DNA of 64,000 nt from an uncultured Cytophagales bacterium. Its GTDB lineage: Bacteria > Bacteroidota > Bacteroidia > Cytophagales > Flammeovirgaceae. Below are positions 30,909 to 41,261 of this stretch, one piece after another; position 1 is the stretch's first letter; each line of letters starts with the position of its first letter. Made by a program: the position numbers and the translations under genes. The stretch lies in NCBI GenBank assembly GCA_963729615.1, contig CAVSOI010000012.1, positions 457,236-521,235 on the forward strand, written 5' to 3'. The notes under the pieces were generated by a model. It ran no database searches and was not told the origin of the DNA. It worked only from the letters and a program-made list of their open reading frames with translations.

Positions 30909-33092
30909 ATGCTAGAAGGATTTGGAGGAATATTAGCTATTGCTATAGCAATACTGCTTGTCGGTATAATAGTGTTCATAGCAAGAACCTATAAAAAAGT
31001 GCCCCAGGGAATGGCTCTGGTCAGGAACGGAGTTGGCGGAACGAAAGTGATTTTCGATGGAGGTTTTGTGCTTCCCGTCATTCATCAGTATGAAATGATG
31101 GATGTTTCGGTTCGGAGTATTGAAATCCAAAGGGAAGGGAAAAATGGACTGATTTGTAAAGACAATTTACGGGCGGACATTAAAGTGGCCTTTTTCGTTC
31201 GGGTAAATCCGAATGATGTGGCGGAAGTTGCCCAATCAATCGGCTGTTCCCGTGCTTCCGATGAACAATTGCTGGAGACTTTGTTTGAAGCCAAATTCTC
31301 GGAAGGATTGAAAACAGTCGGAAAGCAGTTCGATTTTGTGGAACTTTATACTTCTCGGGAGCAACTCAATACTCGGGTTCGTCATGCCATTGGCACAAAC
31401 CTGAATGGCTATGTTTTGGAGGATATGGCAATTGATTATCTGGAGCAAACGCCACTCGAATTTTTGGATGCAGACAATATCCTTGATTCGGAAGGTATCA
31501 AGAAAATTACCAGCTTGACCGCCAACCAGAAAGTACAATCCAACTTGATTCGCAACGATGAAATCAAGCAAATCAAACAGCAGGATGTCGAGCGTTTAGA
31601 GGCAGTTTACGAGTTGGAAAGACAACAAGCTGAGGCAGAAGCCAAGCAAAAAAGGGAGATTTCCATCGTCCAATCTCGTGAAGAAGCAGAGGCTGAAAAA
31701 GTTACTCAAGAAGAAAGACTGAAAGGAGAGCGAGCAAGAATTACTGCCGATGAAGAAATAGGGATTGCCGAGGAGAACAAAACCCGTCAGATAATTGTAG
31801 CGCAGAAAAGCCGTGAGACAACCGATGCGGTAGAGACTGAAAAAGTAGAAAGAGAAAGGGCGTTGGAAATCAATGAGCGAGAAAGAGTGGTGGAGTTGGC
31901 AAGAATCTCGAAAGAGAAAGCCGTTGAAGAAGAGCGTAGAAACATTCAGGATGTGATTCGGGAGCGAGTGGAAGTGGAGCGTGCAGTAGTGGAAGAGGAA
32001 GAGAAAATTAAGGATACGAAAGCATTCTCAGCAGTAGAAAGAGAGAAAACGGTAGCTATCAAACTCGCTGAAAAAGATGCGGAAGAGTCATTAGTAAAAG
32101 AACTGAAAGCAGCCGAAGCGGCAAAAGATGCGGCTAAATTCAAAGCCGAGCAGAGTGTAATCCAAGCGGAGGCGGAAATGAAATCTTCTGAAAGCTTAGG
32201 AATTGCCAAGAAAACGATGGCAGATGCAAATGCTGCGGAAATTGCTGCACAAGGTTTGGCAGAAGCACAAGTTTTGGAAGCATTGGCAGAAGCTGAAGCC
32301 AAAAAGGGAGAAGCGGAAGCAACTGTAATTGAAGCAAAAGCCGAAGCAGAAGCGAAAGGAATTGAGATGCGTGGCGATGCACAATCTAAATCTAACGAGA
32401 AAATTGGTTTGGTAGATGCGGATTTGATAATCAAAAAAGGTTTGGCAGAAGCCGATGTAAGAGAGCGGAGCATGTTGGCAGAAGCCGTGGGAATGACTGC
32501 CCAAGCCGATGCACAAGAGAAATACGGCTTGGCAGAAGCAAAAGTGATGGAGAAAAAGGCGTTGGTGGAAGCTGGACGAATCCGAGCGGAAGCACTCGCT
32601 ATGAAAGAGGCAAGCGAAGCCACTACGGAAATGGAGAAATTCCGACTGAACTTGTCGGCTCGCAAAGAAATAGAACTCTCGCAAATCAGCGTGCAGAAAG
32701 ATTTGGCAGAAGCACAGGCGAAAGTCTTGGCAGAAGCTCTCAAATCAGCAAACATCGACATTATTGGTGGCGAAACCATGATTTTCGAGAATATCATGAA
32801 TGCAGTTGCCAAAGGCAAAACGATTGATGGTTACGTGAAAGGAAGTACAGTGCTTTCAGATTTGAAAGATAATTTGCTTGGAGACGGCTCTGAGCCATTG
32901 GCTGAAAAAATCGCTGGCTTTATTAAGCAATTCGGTTTAACAACTGAAGATGTGAAAAACCTCACAGTTGCCAACTTGCTCATAAAACTCTCTGACCAAG
33001 CAGACGACAAGCAGAAAAGCATGCTCGGAAGCCTGATGGAAACCGTAAAATCTGCGGGAATTGGCGGAGTGAAGGTTGATAAGTTTTTATAA
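30909..33092 (+). CDS. Flotillin-like SPFH/band-7 protein with a very long Ala/Glu-rich coiled-coil region
   Basis: N-terminal TM, then SPFH core ...VPQGMALVRNGVGG...IEIQREGKNGLICKDNLRADIKVAFFVRVNPNDV... About 350 aa of EAEAK-type heptads follow. Confidence 0.8.
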   Translation: MLEGFGGILAIAIAILLVGIIVFIARTYKKVPQGMALVRNGVGGTKVIFDGGFVLPVIHQYEMMDVSVRSIEIQREGKNGLICKDNLRADIKVAFFVRVNPNDVAEVAQSIGCSRASDEQLLETLFEAKFSEGLKTVGKQFDFVELYTSREQLNTRVRHAIGTNLNGYVLEDMAIDYLEQTPLEFLDADNILDSEGIKKITSLTANQKVQSNLIRNDEIKQIKQQDVERLEAVYELERQQAEAEAKQKREISIVQSREEAEAEKVTQEERLKGERARITADEEIGIAEENKTRQIIVAQKSRETTDAVETEKVERERALEINERERVVELARISKEKAVEEERRNIQDVIRERVEVERAVVEEEEKIKDTKAFSAVEREKTVAIKLAEKDAEESLVKELKAAEAAKDAAKFKAEQSVIQAEAEMKSSESLGIAKKTMADANAAEIAAQGLAEAQVLEALAEAEAKKGEAEATVIEAKAEAEAKGIEMRGDAQSKSNEKIGLVDADLIIKKGLAEADVRERSMLAEAVGMTAQADAQEKYGLAEAKVMEKKALVEAGRIRAEALAMKEASEATTEMEKFRLNLSARKEIELSQISVQKDLAEAQAKVLAEALKSANIDIIGGETMIFENIMNAVAKGKTIDGYVKGSTVLSDLKDNLLGDGSEPLAEKIAGFIKQFGLTTEDVKNLTVANLLIKLSDQADDKQKSMLGSLMETVKSAGIGGVKVDKFL

Positions 33093-33130
33093 AAAACAGT
33101 AGTGAGTAATGAGTAGTTGGTATTGAGATT

Positions 33131-33172
33131 AACAAGAAAAGGCAAAGCTGAAGTGCTTTGCCTTTTCTTGTT
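33131..33172 (+). terminator. Strong hairpin downstream of the flotillin gene
   Basis: aacaagaaaaggcaaagc-tgaagt-gctttgccttttcttgtt: 18-bp perfect stem with the T-rich 3' arm. Confidence 0.6.
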
Positions 33173-33355
33173 ATATACACGAAGTGAAATGGTTTTGAGA
33201 TTTATCTTGATTTAAATTCAATTGCCAATTGCTTTAGCCCGCAATGGAATTGAGTGGTTTTTGAGAAATAAGAATCCCAAAATCAACTTCATCTGAATAT
33301 AGAAATGAAAGTTAAGGAACTTTCAACAGACACAATTGAGGTTCAGAAACCTCGA

Positions 33356-33535
33356 CTAGTGCATCAAATCCTAAGTTCGTGTTGCTATTTTTGTTTCTTA
33401 TTTCCTTCTACTGCATTAAAATTCTTAGCCGTAGCTATGGCTATGTCGGAATGTCGAACCACTTAAATTTTGCTTTGCAGAAGAAAATAATATTCCAAAA
33501 AATTACAGACACTAACTTAGAACTCAATGCACTAG
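33356..33535 (+). repeat. Repeat family C, copy 2; its terminal CTAG supplies the stop codon of speE on the opposite strand
   Basis: ctagtgcatcaaatcctaagttcg ... cttagaactcaatgcactag. The gene stop (reverse complement of 33532-33534) lies inside the terminal inverted repeat. Confidence 0.8.
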
Positions 33536-34708
33536 CATTTTTCTTTCCTACAATAAGCCAACATCCACGAACCTGTTGGGAAACTTGGCAAATGGATTTC
33601 CTTGGTTTGCACATTCAACTTTCCAAATACACTCTCCAGAATACTTTTACGATTGGCTACTTCATCTTTCTCCATCCAAACTGAACCGAGCGGAATGGTG
33701 GCAATTCCGTTTGGAGCTAGTTTTTCACGAATCAAATTTGCCAACGCTAAAGTCATTTCACTTTTCTCAATTTGAGTAGAGTCAATGGAATCCAAAATGA
33801 TTAAGTCAATGGAATTCGATTCCAAATTTCTAAGTAATTCGTAGCCATTTTCGTACTGAATATCAACCTTCGAGTTGCTCAATCCAACCGAAACTTTTGG
33901 AAAAAACTGTATGGAGATTTCTACTACTTTCGAGTCAATTTCAGCAAGAATAATCTGCTCGACCGAATCAAATTTCAATAATTCTCGCACAGTTCCGCCA
34001 TCTCCACCGCCAATTACCAAAGCAGTTTTTACAGTCGGATTTTGCTCTAAGGGCGGGAATTACCAAGTTCTCATGCAGAATATGTTCATCGGCATCGGTT
34101 ACGGCAATCGTGCCATCCAACACGAGCATTCTGCCAAAAGTCTTGGTTTCCAAAACCTGAATTTTCTGAAACTCGCTTTCTCCATCGAACAGCAAATTGC
34201 CTTCGTGCTTTACGGAGAGGGCAATTTCCCCCGCTCGTTCGGTAAACCAAAGCTCTCTAGAGATTTTTCGCCTATGTTTTTTGATGGTTTCAGATTCAGC
34301 AAAGTGTGCTGGTTGGATTTTATTTATTTCAGTTGATGAGTTGGCTTCCAACATCTGAGTTTGCCCACGCTTCATTTCGATTGCGGAAATGTGAGAGGCT
34401 TTGAGAGCAGTTTTTAGATATTCAAGTGCTTCCCAAGGGTTCACGGTTTCCCCGCAAGTGAAAATATCTACTGAGGCAAATCCATATTCTGGCCAAGTAT
34501 GAATTGCCAAATGGCTTTCTTGAATGACCACCACGCCAGAAACCCCAATTGGCGCAAAATGATGGAAAGTGGAGTTCAGAACCGTAGCATTTGCTTTCTG
34601 GGCAGAATCCACCATGGCATTCTCCAAAAAAGTTACTTCATTCAGCAACTTTTCTGAGCATCCGTAGATTTCCGCCAGAACATGTCTGCCCAAAGATTGA
34701 TTTTCCAT
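33532..34708 (-). CDS. speE: Fused S-adenosylmethionine decarboxylase (SpeH-like) / spermidine synthase (SpeE), split by an apparent 1-bp insertion in a C-run about 34035-34045
   Basis: N-terminal ...[16 protein letters not shown] (AdoMetDC) then ...WFTE...[20 protein letters not shown]...HENLVIPA. The other frame continues [25 protein letters not shown]...DSID (the spermidine synthase motifs). Confidence 0.75.
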
Positions 34709-34779
34709 AGTTATTAAAATAGAAAACCACGACTCATTCAGAATGAATCGTGGTTTTTGAATCTCTTAAATATAAGTTT

Positions 34780-35378
34780 CTAGAAGAAGAAACCTGCTTC
34801 AATCGCAAAGAAATGGAGTTTCAAATCTACTGCATCAGCATCTGATACATCAGTAAGTCCTCTATTGTAAGAAAGCCCTAAAGTAACCGTGCCAAAATCG
34901 AATTCTTTTTCTCCTGCCACTCCAAATTTCATAGTGCTCCCAATAGAATTATAGGCATCTTTCGCATCCACATTATCGTCATTTGTTTTGCTTCTGGCAG
35001 AAACATATAAATCTAGCGTGGGTCCAACAAAGCCACTTATGAATAATCCATCGCTGATTTCGTTGGTACGCAAAGAAACTCCGATAGGAATTTCGACAGC
35101 AGAAAGAACTCCTTTTCCACCATCATCTTTGTCGCCAAAGGCTTTCGTAGTAAGTGCAATCCCAGTTTGGATTCCGTAATTCTCGCTGAACCCTTGTCTA
35201 GAGGTTTATGGCAATTCGAGTGCCGACTCCGTTTTCTCCATCTGACTTTCTGCCACCAACCTCGCCAACAGCAGAATTGAAAGTAGGACCGAAACTAACA
35301 CCTACTCTTGTACCTTCTTGTGCAAAAAGTTCTTGTCCGAAAGTGAAAAACAAGGCAACTAATAGTAATTTTTTCATC
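34780..35378 (-). CDS. Small outer-membrane beta-barrel protein (OmpW/OMP_b-brl-like), split by an indel about 35195-35205
   Basis: Signal peptide MKKLLLVALFFTFGQELFAQ in one frame. The other frame gives ...SENYGIQTGIALTTKAFG... and ends LHFFAIEAGFFF, a terminal aromatic typical of OM barrels. Confidence 0.55.
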
Positions 35379-35553
35379 TTAGATTTCTTTAGTAATTATA
35401 ATGTACAAATTTTTAACTCAACAATTATCTTAAATTAGGTTCTGCAAACTTATAGCTATCAAACCTATTTCTTAACGAAAGGTTGCATAATTTGCAATTT
35501 AGACATGAAAAAAGGGAGCAAGCTGCTCCCTTAAATTCTTTTTAAGCTAAGTT

Positions 35554-35988
35554 CTATCTTCTAAAACCTAAAACAGCTGCACCACAATAACTTTTCGAGT
35601 CTTTGAAAGTGAAAGTAAGGTAATAAATACCAGTTGCCCTACATTTATAGGTTACTTCTTCGTAGAATTTGTTGTTGTAGTAAGTACTTGCTTTTCTATT
35701 TCTTTTGGAATCGTAAAGTGTTCCGATGATGCCAACAGCTGCGCCATCTTTACTTTGCACTTGCAATTGGTAGTTTGTGTCTTTACTTAAAACACAAGTG
35801 TATTCAATTTTCTTTCGTGCGCCATTCTTTCCGTCAATCCTGTAACTCTTCACGAAGGTGTAGCCACCTTGAAGTTTTTGGAGACATTTGTTGTTATAAA
35901 GTTCTGCATTACATTGAGCAGAAGCACTTTCAGTCGACAATAGGGCGAATGCTGCCATCAAACACCCGATAATAAATAATTTTTTCAT
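35554..35988 (-). CDS. Secreted 4-Cys protein (hypothetical)
   Basis: Signal peptide MKKLFIIGCLMAAFALLSTESASA, then a 120-aa beta-rich domain. Confidence 0.5.
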   Translation of the reverse strand: MKKLFIIGCLMAAFALLSTESASAQCNAELYNNKCLQKLQGGYTFVKSYRIDGKNGARKKIEYTCVLSKDTNYQLQVQSKDGAAVGIIGTLYDSKRNRKASTYYNNKFYEEVTYKCRATGIYYLTFTFKDSKSYCGAAVLGFRR

Positions 35989-36164
35989 AAGCTTTTTTGT
36001 AATCTATTATCTTTAAAAAGGGATATTTAAGTTATTGGAAAGCACGGATGCAAAGTATAATTTTCATAGGAAATATCCTAATGAGACTATTATTTTTGCA
36101 ATTCTATGCTATAAATTATTATTGAATAATGTTACTTCTGATGTCTTTCAGAATATTTGTAATT

Positions 36165-37004
36165 TTAGTTACTTGTGCCGAAGATAATTTTCACTGTACT
36201 AGTTTCATCACTTACGAATTCAATCGTTCCGTCAGGGTTTTCTATTACTTTCATATCACCACTACCAGATGTCGTAATTTCCACATCGTCATAAATGTCT
36301 TGGAGTTTCTCCATAGAGTTAAGCAACTCAGGAACTTGTGGCTTGCTACTATAAATATCTAGCAAAAGCATCAATCTCTCTAATACAAACTTCTGCTCAG
36401 CAATTTTCTCTTTCAAAACAGACTGAATATCTGATCTTCCAGAGCTTTTGCTGTAAATCAAGGTAGTCAAATGAGTGGACTCAATCCAACCGCCAGTCAA
36501 GAGCAATGCACTAATTACATCTCTATTCTGCTCGTGCAAATGATTGTTTATTTTTTCAAAATTACGAGTTGTTGATTGAATCAATTCATCTAAGTTATCT
36601 TTTTCAGCTAATGCTTTCAAGGTAGAATACTCAAAAAACTGGTCGATTGCCAAGCCTTCAGCCAAATCTTGCACAGCATCTAAGTAATGGATTGCATCTT
36701 GCGTTTTCCCGTAGATATTTGAAAAACCTAGATTTGTTGAGTAAATCCCCAAGTTCAAGGCTTTCTTATAATTTGTAGTGTATTTGTCGGAGTTATTGTA
36801 ATCATTCAGCATACTCCTGTCATAAGTAACTCCAGACTCTTTCATGAGCATGGTCATTTCAATTGGACTTGGAATAGATTGGATAATCTGCTCAATCAAA
36901 TCGGCATCGGCCGGATTGATTTTGTTAGCTCCTTTTGCCAACACCATGCCACTTGTACCTAGCAAGGTGAAAATGGCAATTACTCCTACATATAGCTTTC
37001 TCAT
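36165..37004 (-). CDS. Lipoprotein/secreted protein, paralogue 1 of a tandem pair (hypothetical)
   Basis: Signal MRKLYVGVIAIFTLLGTSGMVLA. Shares blocks (IIQSIPSPIEMT, NLGIYSTNLG, LLLTGGWIE, TTLIYSK) with the downstream gene. Confidence 0.55.
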   Translation of the reverse strand: MRKLYVGVIAIFTLLGTSGMVLAKGANKINPADADLIEQIIQSIPSPIEMTMLMKESGVTYDRSMLNDYNNSDKYTTNYKKALNLGIYSTNLGFSNIYGKTQDAIHYLDAVQDLAEGLAIDQFFEYSTLKALAEKDNLDELIQSTTRNFEKINNHLHEQNRDVISALLLTGGWIESTHLTTLIYSKSSGRSDIQSVLKEKIAEQKFVLERLMLLLDIYSSKPQVPELLNSMEKLQDIYDDVEITTSGSGDMKVIENPDGTIEFVSDETSTVKIIFGTSN

Positions 37005-37293
37005 AGTGATTTGTCGAAAAGTTTAATACTGATTTTCTTTCAATGTTTTTAACGCAGTTGCTTGCTCAATGTTATTCCAAAACTGTGCAATTTATACAAT
37101 AGTGGAGTTTTTTAACGTAGCATTAACTTAACAGGTACAGTGTTAAAATATCATTTGTTTTCATCTACAATTTCAACGAAGTTTTAACCAAAAACTTATA
37201 TCAATCTATTCCTTATCAAAAATAAACTCAAATAACACTGAAAAATATAGATGAAGCAGAGGAGACAAAAACCCCTCTGCTTCTTTTAAAAAA

Positions 37294-38202
37294 TTATTCT
37301 ATAATTCTATCTCTAATGGAATTGACCAGACTGGTAATCTGTTTGATATGCTCTTCGGTAATATTAATTTCACTAATGCTCTTATCTATGAAAATAAGTT
37401 CTCCGTTTTTCTCCACCATTTCTGGCTCCACAAATTTAGTTTCGATTTCTATATTGTCATATACTTTTTGCAATTCACGCAAATCATCAATCAATTCGGG
37501 GAATCCAGGCTTATTTCTGTAAACGTCCAGTACAAGTAAAATCTGACCCAAAACAATTTTCTGCTCACCAATCTTATCTTTCAGTGCACTATTAGGCTTC
37601 TTATTATAAACCAAAGTAGTTAGATAAGTAGCCTCAACCCAGCCTCCTGTCAATAAAAGAATACTTAGACTCTCTCTCTTCTGCTCTCTCAGGTGGAAGT
37701 TGATTTTCTCGAAATTCTGAGTGGTTGTCAGAATAAGTGAATCTAAATTATCAGCACTTTCGGCTAATCTTTTTAGTGTTTTATAATCGAAAAATTGCTC
37801 AATTGCCAACCCTTTGCCAAAGTTTGTACGGAGTTCAAATAACTAATAGCATCCTGATTCTTTGCCATAAATATTCGCATAACCCAAATCTGTACCATAA
37901 ATCCCTAAATTTACGGCTTTTTTGAAATTTGTAGCATATTGCGAGACATTATCATCGTCATTCATTTCATCTCTATTATAGATCGCCCCGCCTTCCTGAA
38001 TAAGCGTGGTAATTTCTAAAGGAGAAGGAATTGACTGAATAATGTCATTGATGATTTCATCCGACATCACAATTGGGACTTCTGCCTCTTCCTCGCCACC
38101 ATCTTTGCCATCTCCGTCAACCTTTTCGCCCCCATTTCCAGCGCAACTAGTTAAAATGAAGATAAATACAATTACCAATATGCTTAGATAGCTTTTTCTC
38201 AT
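37294..38202 (-). CDS. Lipoprotein paralogue 2 with an acidic linker, with a local frame disturbance at about 37810-37850 (two compensating indels and/or an in-frame TAG at 37843-37845)
   Basis: Lipobox FILTSC. ORFs 37843..38202 and 37294..37809 are in the same frame, separated by TAG. The +1 reading of the 45 nt between them (QDAISYLNSVQTLAKG) matches the paralogue (QDAIHYLDAVQDLAEG) at 11 of 16 positions. Confidence 0.5.
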
Positions 38203-38501
38203 GATATTTTTTTAAAAAGAATTGAGTACCTCTGTACTGTTTTATTTCTATAAACCTTTCATTGCCAGCAAATTAGAACTAGCGACAATCATTTTTCTTA
38301 CTCTGAATCTGCTTATTACTACTATTCTTTGTTGAAAATAATAATTTCAAACAGAAAAATGACAATAGAGATATGAATAATTCCATTGCCAATGTAATTG
38401 ATACACGCAAAATAAGGAAAATTGTTTGACTATAAAAGAATGGGACGAAGATGAATGCCACATTATTCTTTGTTTACAATTTAAGGTTAATTTATTTGTG
38501 G

Positions 38502-38533
38502 TCGAAATCAAAAAAACTCGCCATTTCAGGCGA
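38502..38533. terminator. Bidirectional intrinsic terminator below the ABC gene
   Basis: aaaaaaactcgcc-atttca-ggcgagttttttt: perfect stem flanked by an A-run on one side and a T-run on the other. Confidence 0.7.
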
Positions 38534-38573
38534 GTTTTTTTGATTTCTCATTATCAAGTGTAATGTATGCTGT

Positions 38574-41261
38574 CTAATCTTTATCTCCACCCAAATTGCT
38601 GAGGAAGTTTATTATGTTTTTGAGCCATTCAAAATATAAGGCAACATATAAAAGCAGCGTCATTGTCCAAATTAGCAATACATTGAACCAGAAAGTATCA
38701 ATGAGTTTGCCTAAAAAGAACTTTTTTGGTGCATAAAAATGCGCTCTATAATTCAGTAAATTACCTTTCGATAATGGAATTTGCAAGCCTGGGTCTGTTA
38801 CTTGAATCAACATTCCTCTGTCCATAACAAACTTGTCGACCGAAGATTCATTTTGCATCACATCGTTTAGTTGCTCACTAAAATACTGATCTTTATATTC
38901 TGATAGGCTTACATCTTTAGGCAATTCTTTTTGGATAACCATTCGGATTGAATCCATAGAGTCGGAAGCCTTAATTAATTGAGCGGTATAAGCCTTTTTT
39001 ACCTCTGCCAAAGCCTCCCTCAATTCATCAGCTTTCTTTTCATTGAAGGTTTTAGGATTGAAATACTCCTCCCATTTCCCTTCAAACCTCGGAGCTAAAA
39101 ATTTATCGGTCGCAAAAGCATGTTGCAAAACTGGCATAGACAACTGGAGATTCGCAATGGCGGTTGAATCATTCCCTTCATTGGAATCCTTCAAATCATT
39201 GGATGCCAATTGTGACATGCCAATTAAGCTTTCCAATTCTGGTCGCCAATAAATATTCTTATATTTTGCCTCACTTTCCAATACTGCAAATGGGAAAATA
39301 TCTTCGTAGAATGGATTTCCCTTGTATTGTTCCACTGTCAGAGCTTCATAGGACCATCGGGATGCCATAATATCGGCAATCAAAGGAACAGTACCTCGCT
39401 CACTTACAGACTGGTTCAATTTATCGAACTTGAAGATTGCGCCACTCAAAATCATTTGCGGAATCAGCAACAGCGGAATGATAATGTAAACGGTTACTGC
39501 TGAATTGAAAGCAGAGGAGATATTCAATCCGAGTACATTGGCATGGCAGGAGACCGTAAACAAAACGCCCCAATACATCATGTTTACGCCTTTGATTTCC
39601 AAAATAAAATTTCCAATCAGCACCAAAGTTAAGGTCTGGATTGCAGATAAACTGAAGAGTATCAACAACTTGGAAACTAAATATCCACTTCTACTCAAAT
39701 TGAGGAAAGATTCCCTCTTTTTAATTTTCTTATCTCGAATAATTTCCTCCGCACTTACCGTCAAACCCATGAAAAGTGCCACGATAATACATATTAGTAT
39801 GTAGGCAGGAATGTTCTCATTGTGTCGGTAAATGTATTCGCCATCATTGATGCTTTTGTAGCGAATCACTAATGAAAGCAACAAAGCCAAAAACGGAGCC
39901 TCCAAAAGGTTGATAAGCATATATTGCTTATTGCTTACTTTGGAAAGGAAATCTCGGATAGTAAATATCTTGGTTTGGCTGAACCAAGAAGGGATTTTCA
40001 AAGTCTGAGGTGGCGCTTCGCTCACGTGGGGAATGCGATCTACCTGAATATTTTTCTTATAAAGTTCATGCCATTCTGTAGGCTGAACTTTTCTTTTGCT
40101 CGTGAATTCTCCGTATTCATTTACAACCCTTGCTTCAATGATATTGAAAACCTGCTCAGGATTCACATTACCACAAGTTTGGCACTGACCTTGGTCGCTA
40201 CCAACCTGACTTGCTGCCGTTTTGAAATAAATAACTGCTTCGACTGGATTTCCGTAAAAAATAGGATAACCGCCTGTATCCATCATAAACATCTTGTCGA
40301 ACATCTTATAGATGTCGGAAGAAGGCTGGTGGATAACCACAAATATAAGTTTGCCTTTGAGGGAAAGTTCCTTCAGAAGGTCAATTACGTTTTCAGAATC
40401 TCTTGAGGAAAGTCCGGAAGTTGGTTCATCTACGAACATTACAGCAGGTTCTCGAATAAGTTCGAGCGCAATATTCAGACGCTTTCTTTGCCCTCCACTA
40501 ATTTTTTTGTTGAGGACATTTCCAACCACCAAATGTTTGATATGCAAAAGGCCTAGGCTTTCCAGAACAGAATCTACCTTTTTGCCAATTTCTTCGTTCG
40601 TTAAATCTTTGAAGCAAAGTTTAGCATTGTAGTAAAGATTTTGGTAAACGGTTAGCTCCTCAATCAGCAAATCATCTTGCGCCACATAACCGATTACACC
40701 TTCAATCTCTTCTTTCTCCTTCGCATCGTGAATATTGTAGCCATTGATTTTGACTGTTCCAGAGTATGGAGTTTCCAATCCGGCCAACACATTCAGCAAA
40801 GTTGTTTTTCCTGCTCCACTTGCGCCCATAATTCCGAGCAAGTTTCCTGGCCCTTCGGAAATGGTTACTTCTCTTAATCCAACATGCCCGTTCGGGAAAC
40901 GGAACTCAATATCCTCTGCAAGGAAAGATAGGTTTTTGACTTGCGTGTCGCTATTGAAAGTACTTACTAAATCGGAGTAGTAAAGAGGTTCTCCTTTTGG
41001 AGTTTTAATTACACTACCTGGCGCAAATTGTTGAATTCCGCCCTTCACTTGCCTTCCATTCAGGAAGATTTCGTCTTTTCCGTTGTATTTGCAGAAATAC
41101 TGACCCACACTATTCACTCGAACGAAAATAATTTCCCCATCCAAATCTCCTGAGTTGATGAATTGGGTTTTGCTACCTTCTGCAGGCATAGATTCATCAA
41201 AAACAAGATAATCTTCATGGTCGAGATTATCTGAAGGTAGGCTCAACAATGAACTTTTCAA
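38574..41261 (-). CDS. ABC-2/ABCG-type exporter: N-terminal FHA-like domain, ABC ATPase, C-terminal 6-TM permease
   Basis: Walker A GASGAGKTTLLN, signature LSGGQRKRLNIA, Walker B VMFVDEPTSGLS, C-terminal hydrophobic half. The first ~100 aa carry the FHA-like segment NGRQVKGGIQQFAPGSVIKT. Confidence 0.75.
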   Translation of the reverse strand: MKSSLLSLPSDNLDHEDYLVFDESMPAEGSKTQFINSGDLDGEIIFVRVNSVGQYFCKYNGKDEIFLNGRQVKGGIQQFAPGSVIKTPKGEPLYYSDLVSTFNSDTQVKNLSFLAEDIEFRFPNGHVGLREVTISEGPGNLLGIMGASGAGKTTLLNVLAGLETPYSGTVKINGYNIHDAKEKEEIEGVIGYVAQDDLLIEELTVYQNLYYNAKLCFKDLTNEEIGKKVDSVLESLGLLHIKHLVVGNVLNKKISGGQRKRLNIALELIREPAVMFVDEPTSGLSSRDSENVIDLLKELSLKGKLIFVVIHQPSSDIYKMFDKMFMMDTGGYPIFYGNPVEAVIYFKTAASQVGSDQGQCQTCGNVNPEQVFNIIEARVVNEYGEFTSKRKVQPTEWHELYKKNIQVDRIPHVSEAPPQTLKIPSWFSQTKIFTIRDFLSKVSNKQYMLINLLEAPFLALLLSLVIRYKSINDGEYIYRHNENIPAYILICIIVALFMGLTVSAEEIIRDKKIKKRESFLNLSRSGYLVSKLLILFSLSAIQTLTLVLIGNFILEIKGVNMMYWGVLFTVSCHANVLGLNISSAFNSAVTVYIIIPLLLIPQMILSGAIFKFDKLNQSVSERGTVPLIADIMASRWSYEALTVEQYKGNPFYEDIFPFAVLESEAKYKNIYWRPELESLIGMSQLASNDLKDSNEGNDSTAIANLQLSMPVLQHAFATDKFLAPRFEGKWEEYFNPKTFNEKKADELREALAEVKKAYTAQLIKASDSMDSIRMVIQKELPKDVSLSEYKDQYFSEQLNDVMQNESSVDKFVMDRGMLIQVTDPGLQIPLSKGNLLNYRAHFYAPKKFFLGKLIDTFWFNVLLIWTMTLLLYVALYFEWLKNIINFLSNLGGDKD

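Noticed and set aside
31946-32818. 290-aa minus-strand ORF rich in Ala/Ser
   Set aside because: It is the antisense reading of the Glu/Ala-rich coiled-coil repeats of the flotillin gene. It is a low-complexity artefact with no independent start context.
33379-33684. 101-aa ORF (and its near-twin at 60441-60695) beginning MLLFLFLISFYCIKILSRSYGYV
   Set aside because: Both lie inside copies of repeat family C and are the same sequence read in frame. They are repeat-derived, not genes.
38279-38461. 60-aa ORF just below the ABC gene terminator
   Set aside because: It is AT-rich with low-complexity hydrophobic translation, and sits between a terminator and the next gene. Likely non-coding.
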